DNA of 40,712 bases, from contig NKIB01014764.1 in NCBI GenBank assembly GCA_002256025.1, forward strand, positions 1 to 40,712. Reading direction: 5' to 3'. Under the pieces are notes generated by a model. The model searched no databases. It saw only the letters and a program-made list of their open reading frames with translations, and was not told the origin of the DNA. Each line of letters starts with the position of its first letter. The stretch's first letter is position 1. The DNA is from Asterionella formosa (lineage: Eukaryota). Below are positions 32,058 through 40,712 of the stretch, piece by piece. The position numbers were made by a program, and so were the translations under genes.

Positions 32058-33605
32058 ATGACACCACAAGCAAATCATTGTTCGCAGAAGCAAACCAAAA
32101 AGAAAACGCCAGCAGCCACTATCATGACTCGAACATGCCGGTCGAGAATAGAGAAATGGCCGACGCTTTTATTGGGGTGTTTAGTTCTGCTGCAAGCAGT
32201 GAAAGAAAGCGCGAGCTTTCAATCCTTTGTTCTTCCGAAACGATACCAGAATATTCCAAGTCGAAGAACAGCGTCGATAGCAGTGTTTTCCTCGGACGAA
32301 GCACCCGTTGAAAAAGCAAACCTAGTAGAAAGCTACGATCAAGATAAAACGTATCAAAGCAACCTAGAAATTTCTCGCTTGGCGAATTTAGGGACCGCCG
32401 ATTCTGCTCGACAAGCACATGCACTGTTGACCGAACTGGAATATCCGGATACCGTCTCGTACAATGGAGTCTTGAAGGCATACGCCAAGTCCAATCAACC
32501 TCAACCCGCCATTGAATTGTTAGAATGTATGGAACGCTTGCAAGACTCGCACAACGGTTCATCGCCATCCATGATCCGACCAAATGTGATTAGCTACAGC
32601 ACCGTTATGGATGCCTGTTGTCGACATCAAGAGCCCATTGTGGCTCGCAAGATCCTTGCAAGACTGGTGGAACGGTACGAAAAATCTCAAGACGAAACCC
32701 TTCGGCCAAATACTATTGTTTATAATTGCATGTTGTCTGCCTACGCAAAAAGTGGACTAGGACAAAAAGCAGCAGATTTGTCTGTTCAATTGTTGGAGAA
32801 AATGGGAGACTTGGCGGATGTTGTGTCATATAACATTGTCTTTCATGCCATGGCTCAATCCGGTGATGGAAATTGTGGAGAGCGAGCTCAGTCCCTGTTC
32901 GACAATATACGAGTGACACCCAACGCCAGGACCTATTCGACTCTCATGGATTGTTGGGCTCGGTCTGATCACGAGAATAGAGCCGACATTGTGTACTCTC
33001 TTCTCAACCAAATGGAGATGGATTATAATAAAACTGGACATGTTGTGATGCGACCCAATGCTATATCCTACTCGGTAGCCATTAAGTCGTTTGCATCCTC
33101 AAAAGACCCTCAAAAAGTCGAACGCGCCTATCAAGTCTTGCAGCACATGATGCAATTATCAGAAAGTGGAGCCAACCCTTGGGCGAAACCAACGCTAGTG
33201 ACCTTTAATTCGGTCTTGAATGTGTGTGCTACATCACCACCGCAAAAGGGATCTAAAAGAGTACAAGAAATTGTTGACGATGTCTATAAGAAACTTTTGT
33301 GCTATGACCAACCCGACGAATACACTTACGGTACCATGCTCAAGGCCTGTGCCAATGTCTTTTTGGGTGATCCCAACAAGCCGCAACTTGCTCAGGATAT
33401 TTTCGATGCCGCCTGCGAGGCGGGATGTGTCAGTTTCGGGGTGTGTTATCAATTCAAACAGGCGGCACCATCGGATTTGTTTCGAGCTGTGCTTCCTGTG
33501 CGAGCACTAAATGCCCAAACGGGACACTTCGATGTGTCAAAGTTGCCCAAGGAATGGACAATAAATGTCAAGAATGGAGGTGCAAAGAGGTCGATTCATA
33601 GTTGA
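32058..33605 (+). CDS. Pentatricopeptide-repeat (PPR) protein, probably plastid-targeted
   Basis: Repeated ~35-aa units: PDTVSYNGVLKAYAK, PNVISYSTVMDACCR, PNTIVYNCMLSAYAK, DVVSYNIV, PNARTYSTLMDCWAR, PNAISYS, PTLVTFNSVL, PDEYTYGTMLKAC. Hydrophobic stretch then ESASF. True start may be the second Met. Confidence 0.92.
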   Translation: MTPQANHCSQKQTKKKTPAATIMTRTCRSRIEKWPTLLLGCLVLLQAVKESASFQSFVLPKRYQNIPSRRTASIAVFSSDEAPVEKANLVESYDQDKTYQSNLEISRLANLGTADSARQAHALLTELEYPDTVSYNGVLKAYAKSNQPQPAIELLECMERLQDSHNGSSPSMIRPNVISYSTVMDACCRHQEPIVARKILARLVERYEKSQDETLRPNTIVYNCMLSAYAKSGLGQKAADLSVQLLEKMGDLADVVSYNIVFHAMAQSGDGNCGERAQSLFDNIRVTPNARTYSTLMDCWARSDHENRADIVYSLLNQMEMDYNKTGHVVMRPNAISYSVAIKSFASSKDPQKVERAYQVLQHMMQLSESGANPWAKPTLVTFNSVLNVCATSPPQKGSKRVQEIVDDVYKKLLCYDQPDEYTYGTMLKACANVFLGDPNKPQLAQDIFDAACEAGCVSFGVCYQFKQAAPSDLFRAVLPVRALNAQTGHFDVSKLPKEWTINVKNGGAKRSIHS

Positions 33606-34068
33606 GGATAATAAATTGGCTAATTAAACTGGCTATTTGAATTCTGGAATATCGTTTTGAAGGCCTGCAATATTTTCATTACGAAATTCAACAAACCAAA
33701 AGTCCACCCGTGCAATTGAGTAAATGTAATGTTTGGAATGGAAAGTGACAAGCATTGTTGCTATTGAAGCTTCCTCGCCAGAACTAGAAGGTAACCAGAA
33801 AGATTTGAATTTTTTTGATAAGGCAGCAGGTTCTCTGCCCTGGTGTTGCAGAAAATCTTTAGGCATCGTTCGCCTTGATAGAATGAAAATTTTCCGAACA
33901 TGGGAAATTCTTAACTTTCACAGTATTCATCCAAAAGATTTTTCCAATATTAGAAACGACTGGCACGGTAAGCTGATCACTTTTCGAGTAAGAAACTAAT
34001 GAAATCATTGTTTGTACAACTTGCTTCACTCACGAAGTTAGCTGTACTGAAACAAGAAGAGATGGTTT

Positions 34069-35595
34069 TCAAAAGAAATGAGCGTTCTTTCCTTTTATCG
34101 AGTTCAGTTTTTTGTCCCTATTGTGAGGTCTCGGTTTCGAAGTTTTCCTCTTCTTCTTGCCTAGATTCTGCTTAGTGGACTTTAAATGCATTTTTAATGC
34201 CGATGCTTCCTCCGCCTTCTTTTTCATCAGTGCTCCATAAACTGCCAGCGATTTTTCTCCTTGAAACTTCCAGCCATCATTATCTTCGCGTTTATAGGAT
34301 TTGGGAATACCGGCCCCTTCAAGAACAGTATTTGCTTTCTTCACTCCAACTTCCTTGTAAAATCCCTTTAACCACGTTGATGCATCATCAGACCTTTTTG
34401 TATTAGAAGTGTTGGATTGCAGTTCCCACGTTTCTCGAGATCGTTCCGCTCCCTTCCTGGAGTCTTCGCGATACGAGTAGGCCTCCCATGAACCAAGATA
34501 ATGGTTGATCCGGAAGGGACTGTCTTTGATAAATCGATACGCTGGGGGCCACTCACAAACACTATGAAGCGGTCGATGGGGTGAGTTTACCACAAGAGGA
34601 AAGTATGGTTTCAGCCGAGAAACATCGATTATAACTTTGGCAAGTCCATTGGCCTTGGCTTTAGACGCAAGGCTGTGATAGCGCCACCGTAGAGTATCCA
34701 ATTGCAAGGGTTCCACAATGGATCCCTCTGGTACAGCGGCTTTCAATTCTTTTTCAGAAATCTCCTTTCCACCATGCAACATTCGAGGAATCGGATAGCA
34801 TATAGTATTCAAAAACGGATTTTTAGAGTTGCTGGCTTGAGCTTGGTGGATAAAGTCCAGTACAGCTCCAGGCCTCGAGGAAATGGATGGTGGCGACATG
34901 AAGGCACCATTTTCGTAGCTGTGATTGTATTTATTGAAGATTAAAAATTCGTCGGCATCATAGAGGACAGTCCATGTTTTGCCACGTTCGTACAAATGTT
35001 CCATGCATGCCTTGTAAAATTTGGCTTGTCGTAAGCGATGTCGTCGCCGAACTAGGCCTCTGGGTGCATTGTCAGGCAATTGTTCTGTCCATCTAGTGAA
35101 ATGGCTGTCATCTGTGATAATATTTGAAATGAATGCTGGTTAGTTATATTGTGTGTATTCTATACAGGAATAATGATAACATCCTAAGTAAGTCAACTTA
35201 CTCCATTCAAGTATTGTCATATTCAGTTCTGATCGGAACAAGTCCAACACTTTTGTCGGTAGTTGCTTGCTTCTTGGGTCTACAGTCACCACTATATATC
35301 TGAGTCGAAGGGTAAAGTACGCAAATGCGATCCATTCTTGAAGCCGAAAGTTTTCATCCATGACGAGCAAACATGCCGAAAACGATGCGTCTGGTTTGTT
35401 GAATTCGTCGTCCAGCAAGGTATTATTAATAACAGAGCTTCGATTAGTTGTGGGAGCTAGAAAAGACAAGGACTCAGCGGAGGAACCTCCTGGCTTGAAG
35501 TGTTCAGACTTTACCGATACATGAACGGTTGCATTGTAAAGGACAGCAACAAGGAAATGGAACAGTATCACGTTGAAAATACGTTTCGGTTTCAT
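34069..35595 (-). CDS. Type II membrane GT-A-fold glycosyltransferase-like protein (GT92/DUF23 or GT2-like), copy 1 (exons 35595-35202, 35111-34069)
   Basis: N-terminal TM anchor; SACLLVMDENFRLQEWIA; WTVLYDADEFL (DxD); K-VII; RINHYLGSWE. 90-nt GT-AG intron 35112-35201 joins LEW-N-DSHF. Confidence 0.78.
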
Positions 35596-36991
35596 TGTTT
35601 GGGTTCTCTTTAGTCTTGCTAATATTTATATTATGATCATCCTCAGAAATTTTCGTTTTGTTGGAATACATACCGGTAGTTGTTTTACATACTACCTGGT
35701 ACCAGGTACTCCGTGACTAAGGAGAACCCAGCATTCTCATCAGCCAATGCTGATGACCATCAAGCTAAAATGTGAAGTCACCTTCGAAATTCGTACATAT
35801 GAATCTTCCCGTTGTGTATACATCAAATATAACCACGAAAATACTCGTTAATACAGCGGGCAGCAAAGTACCAGGTACAATGCATATTTATGAACTTGTT
35901 TATTGATTACCAATATTCATACGCGTACGTCAATATTGTAATATATGAATAAAAAATTCTCGTATATCACAGAGAGAAATTCCCTTTGTTGCCAATCATC
36001 ACAGGTCACCTATATTGTGATTGCTGTCTTCCTTGTCATCCTTCTCATCGCTTTTGTCTTGACTCACAGCATCGCACAGTTTCATTGTATGATTTAGGTA
36101 CTACTAGCCGCTTGGAGGTGAGGGCAGGAATTGTACCCATTGTCCTTTATGTAGCAAACAAATGGAGATACCTCCTGACAGTAAGGGATGAGCAGCAGAC
36201 CGGATATTGTAGTAGTAGTGCATCTTTGTCTACCAGAATCTCACTCAGTTGTCCATTTTCATACCTCCTCGTTCCTGCGGAAGCACCGATAAAAATGATA
36301 TGAGGAATGGATAGAGTTCCTGCAAGAAAACTGGCATAATGGAAGTCAAAGAAACATCCTTCAAGGCAGATATAGGCAACCAGATAAGGAACCAATTGGC
36401 TACAATCAACCAATTAGCAAGTACTAGAGAAGCATTATCAGATGAGTAATTATATGGTCAGGTGTGGTAGCAAGGATGGAGGAGTTGCAAAATGTGAATC
36501 TCTGATGAATTTTTGGGAGATCAATACTAGGAATACAATTGCAGCCCCCCTAGCAATGGCCTATGGATCCAGTAGATTGTCAATGAGCTCAAAAACATCA
36601 TATTGTAGTATCTAATCATGAATACCAAAAGCACCACCATTGTCAATCAGCTGTTTGATTTAACATTGCTATTGGTTTTTCATTGTGCTCGAGGTGTATC
36701 TCATGGCCGATTTATCCAAAACAAGCAAGGAGTAACATGAAGTACTATAGGCATTTGTTGAAAAGCTCTACTAAAATTTCTGTGACACAGAAGAAGTTTC
36801 ACACCCTACTCTTAACACACCGGTACATACATAGAAAAAATCACATCGGCCTAACAAACCAACTTCATCGTCAGAATGCTACACAGCTGATTGTATCGTA
36901 GCCCTTTGTATAAAATTATTAAAAGTGATGATATACAGCGATGTTCTTGTAGATATCGTTCAAGACAACCGTGGCACTGTAGCCTGTCACT

Positions 36992-37561
36992 ATGAGAGTC
37001 ATTCTTATCCCTGGCATGGGATGCACCCCAGTCTCGAGAAGCAACTGGTACTTATGGTTTGCTAATGAAATGAATCAGCGATCGTACTGTGACGAATGTA
37101 TCCTACGTGATTTCCCAGACCCTTACGAATGCAAGGAGCAGATTTGGATGGATTTTGTTCAGAATACTGTTGGAGTGGATAGCAATACAGTCGTCGTTGG
37201 TCATTCGTCAGGAGCCGCCTGTGCCATGAGATTGTTGGAGACAGTGCCGGAACGACCCATGTTATTGGGCTGCGTCCTTGTGGCTGCATGCCATACCGAT
37301 TTAGGAGACGAATCTGAACGCAGAAGTGGTTACTTCAATCGACCTTGGAGTTGGGAGAAAATGAAAGATGGAGCCAAGAATATTGTTTTGTTTCACGGTG
37401 AGGACGATCCATTGATTCCTGTACAGGAAGCCAGATATATTGCAGACAAGATGAAGGGAGGAAACTTCGAATATCATGAAATGAAGGGCAAGAGCCATTT
37501 CTTTCGCCCGTGGCAAGAGATACTTGAGGTTATGGACCGAAATTTTGGAGAGATCGAGTGA
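36992..37561 (+). CDS. RBBP9: RBBP9/YdeN-family alpha/beta serine hydrolase
   Basis: ILIPG..NWY.W, FPDP, VGHSSGA nucleophile elbow, TDLGDESERRSGYFNRPWSWEK, DDPLIP, SHF; closely follows RBBP9 motifs. Confidence 0.9.
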   Translation: MRVILIPGMGCTPVSRSNWYLWFANEMNQRSYCDECILRDFPDPYECKEQIWMDFVQNTVGVDSNTVVVGHSSGAACAMRLLETVPERPMLLGCVLVAACHTDLGDESERRSGYFNRPWSWEKMKDGAKNIVLFHGEDDPLIPVQEARYIADKMKGGNFEYHEMKGKSHFFRPWQEILEVMDRNFGEIE

Positions 37562-38215
37562 AGTGGAAATTTTACTCCATTTCATGCCTTGAGAGCACTC
37601 TGGTGAATTTCAATTCCAATCCATATGCAGGAGTATAGATGAGGCTCGCTGTATTTTGCAACTGAAAGCTGTTATTGTGGCAACGAATCTTCCTGTCGAA
37701 GACTAGGGAAAAGAAATTGCCGAGCCTTCTCGAATTAATGATAGGACATAGCGGCAAGTTTTTTGTATTTGCATTGTCAATGGTTTGTGTTGGAGTTGTT
37801 AACTGCCCAAGTAGTGTCCAGCTTTGCTGCGGTATCTGGAAAACGGATAAATTATCCATGCGAATCAAATTCAGCTATCCTCTGCCTTTGTTCGATGGAG
37901 CAATGATTAACAAATCACATTTCGCTAAAAAAGAAAAAAAATATTACTCCTTCGGCTTTAGCATTAACAGGATACCTTAGGAGGGTTGGTCTTACAGTGT
38001 CATCCAAAAGAATTTTTTAATAACGAGACATAGTTGGTAGTTACGATGGTCACGTTTCGATTACAACATCGAAGAAATCGTCGTTACCGGTGCCAATTTG
38101 CTAAAAAGCGAGTCACTCAAGGATGCAATTATACTCGCACACCTATAGTCACACAATATGCAAGCAAACTGAGTTCACTTCCCTATCATACCACTCGGCT
38201 TGTGGTTCGAAGTCT

Positions 38216-39664
38216 TCACATTGTTGAGATTATTCTCTTTAGAAGACTTTCACTGCTTTGCAATGCAAGTGCTTCTTCCGCCTTTTTTTTGAGTGCTACT
38301 GCATAAATTGTCAGCGATTTTTCCCCACGAAACTTCCAATCAGCGTTTTCATGGCGTATATAGGATTTGGGAATACCAGCCCCTTCAAGAACAGTATTTG
38401 CTTTCTTCACTCCAACTTCCTTGTAAAATCCCTTTAACCACGTTGATGCATCATCAGACCTTTTTGTATTAGAAGTGTTGGATTGCAGTTCCCATGCTTC
38501 TCGAGATCTTTCCGCTCCCTTCCTGGAGTCTTCGCGATACGAGTAGGCCTCCCATGAACCAAGATAATGGTTGATCCGAAAGGGACTGTCTTTGATAAAT
38601 CGATACGCTGGGGGCCACTCACAAACACTTTCAAGCGGTCGATGGGGTGAGTTTACCACAAGAGGAAAGTATGGTTTCAGCCGAGAAACATCGATTATAA
38701 CTTTGGCAAGTCCATTGCCTGTTGCGTTCGACGCCGAGTTGTGATAGCGCCACCGTAGAGTATCCAATTGCAAGGGTTCCACAATGGATCCCTCCGGCAC
38801 AGCGGCTTTCAATTCTTTTTCAGAAATCTCCTTTCCACCATGCAACATTCGAGGAATCGGATAGCATATAGTATTCAAAAACGGATTTTTAGAGTTGCTG
38901 GCTTGAGCTTGGTGGATAAAGTCCAGTACAGCTCCAGGCCTCGAGGAAATGGATGGTGGCGACATGAAGGCACCATTTTCGTAGCTGTGATTGTATTTAT
39001 TGAAGATTAAAAATTCGTCGGCATCATAGAGGACAGTCCATGTTTTACCGCGTTCGTACAAATGTTCCATGCATGCCTTGTAAAATCTAGCCTGTCGCAC
39101 GCGATGTCGTCGCCGAACTAGGCCTCTGGGTGCATTGTCAGGCAATTGTTCTGTCCATCTAGTGAAAAGATGGCTATCGTCTGTGATAATATTTGAAATG
39201 AATGCTGGTTAGTTATATTGTTTGTATTCTATACAGGAATAATGATAACATCCTAAGTAAGTCAACTTACTCCATTCAAGTATTGTCATATTCAGTTCTG
39301 ATCGGAACAAGTCCAACACTTTTGTCGGTAGTTGCTTGCTTCTTGGGTCTACAGTCACCACTATATATCTGAGTCGTAGGGTAAAGTACGCAAATGCGAT
39401 CCATTCTTGAAGCCGAAAGTTTTCATCCATGACGAGCAAACATGCCGAAAAGGATGCGTCTGGTTTGTTGAATTCGTCGTCCAGCAAGGTATTATTAATA
39501 ACAGAGCTTCGATTAGTTGTGGGAGCTAGAAAAGACAAGGACTCAGCGGAGAAACCTCCTGGCTTGACGAGTTCAGACTTTACTGATAAATGAACGATTC
39601 CGTTGAAAAGAATTGCCACAAGTATGGCATCAACCAGTTTCTGTTTAATATGTTGTCGCATCAT
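38216..39664 (-). CDS. Type II membrane glycosyltransferase-like protein, copy 2 (exons 39664-39271, 39180-38216)
   Basis: Near-identical core and intron (39181-39270) to 34069..35595, with a different N-terminal anchor and a shorter C-terminus. Confidence 0.78.
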
Positions 39665-39837
39665 CTTTTGTGTCTCGTCAACATACCGGTATGTTGTGGG
39701 ATAACCATTTTACTGCTTTTAGCTTTATTTTGTGCTCCGGATACACGCCGGAGGTGGTCTCCTACCTGCAGGTACACATGATTACGAGAAGGCATGTAGC
39801 TACTGAGAAATGGTATTTATGAGACAATTCCCTCTCC

Positions 39838-40075
39838 AGCTATCGTCTTGCCATTCGGGCACTTTTAGGTAATTTTTAGGCTCTAAGTAATTTTTATTTA
39901 GGGGCAATATGGGGCATATCGAATTTTTCGGGATCAAAAATGCCGATTTCATGTAGCATGACAGTCAGAATAACGGTAATATACATAGATATGGTACTAA
40001 AACAAGCGTGAAACACGCGAGAATGATTGTAACATACAATTTCAATGAAAATTGAACATGATTCTTGGAGCAACC
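39838..40075. repeat. Dispersed repeat copy 2
   Basis: Homologous to 31075-31292, with a small internal duplication (TAGGTAATTTTTAGG..TAAGTAATTTTTA). Confidence 0.85.
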
Positions 40076-40712
40076 CCCAAAAAAAACAAGCAGCAGACGA
40101 TGCAATCAAAGAAAGACGAAAGTTGCCTGCTGCAAGCCCGAATAGAGCAATCGCAGGCAGGTAGGTAGGATGGAGTGAAAATTAAAATTGTGAGGACGAA
40201 ATCGGGTATACATAAAATCAATCAATATGTGAACGATATAATTTAACATTCTGGTCTCATAAAAATAATACCAAGTCTACAGCGATAATATTATAATGTG
40301 TTCAAAGTAAGCGTTAATGTTTAGCTTAAACCATGAAAGGTTTTTTTAGTACCACATATGTATGTAGGCTATGTGCCTGGAATATCTGTCAAGCATCATC
40401 ACATACTACATGACCGGAGCAAAAGCTTGCCACCAACATCAGATATATACTTATATAATTGCTGTTTGTCCAACGAAATATGGACGATGTGACTACATAA
40501 ATCCCACAAGTAGACAAGCAATCCAACAACCAACCACATCCGTTTGACTTCCAGCATCATCACTGAACTGATTTTGCTTCAGGCTCATCTAAGACGCGAA
40601 ATACGCCACTTTTCGAAATTTCGTCTACGTATGAGTGTTAATTATGTGGTACTTCACATGCATTAATGCCACTCTTCACGTAAAAAAGATTACTTTTAAC
40701 GGTTTCATGTGA

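Noticed and set aside
36090..36430. CxxC(PLC)-containing fragment suggesting a zinc-finger pseudogene
   Set aside because: Too short and stop-interrupted to assign a family.

Overview
Eukaryotic nuclear DNA, most likely from a diatom. The evidence is short GT-AG introns, signal peptides ending in ASAF-like plastid-targeting motifs (VSA-FAP, TQS-F, ASF) and a diatom-type RRGLE hypothetical family. Housekeeping genes are a Mic10-like MICOS subunit, ABCF2 (with a 9-nt micro-exon and a DDX3-like [10 protein letters not shown] tail), a signal-peptide-bearing GT41/OGT-like glycosyltransferase, SEC63, a DGK1/phytol-kinase-family kinase, a Kir-type K+ channel, a plastid PPR protein and an RBBP9 hydrolase. 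There are also two near-identical GT92/GT2-like type II membrane proteins, a small plastid membrane protein and four intronless paralogues of an uncharacterised RVxF...WY...RRGLE family. Non-genic content includes a gpmA pseudogene, a 995-bp internally deleted hAT element with an 8-bp TSD (CCTGGTAC/T), other decayed repeats, and many intergenic GGTACC/CCTGG/TACCGGTA palindromic clusters that match the hAT target site and may be transposon footprints. Both tandem gene pairs have homogenised cores with diverged flanks, suggesting gene conversion. All assignments come from reading motifs by eye; no database searches were run.
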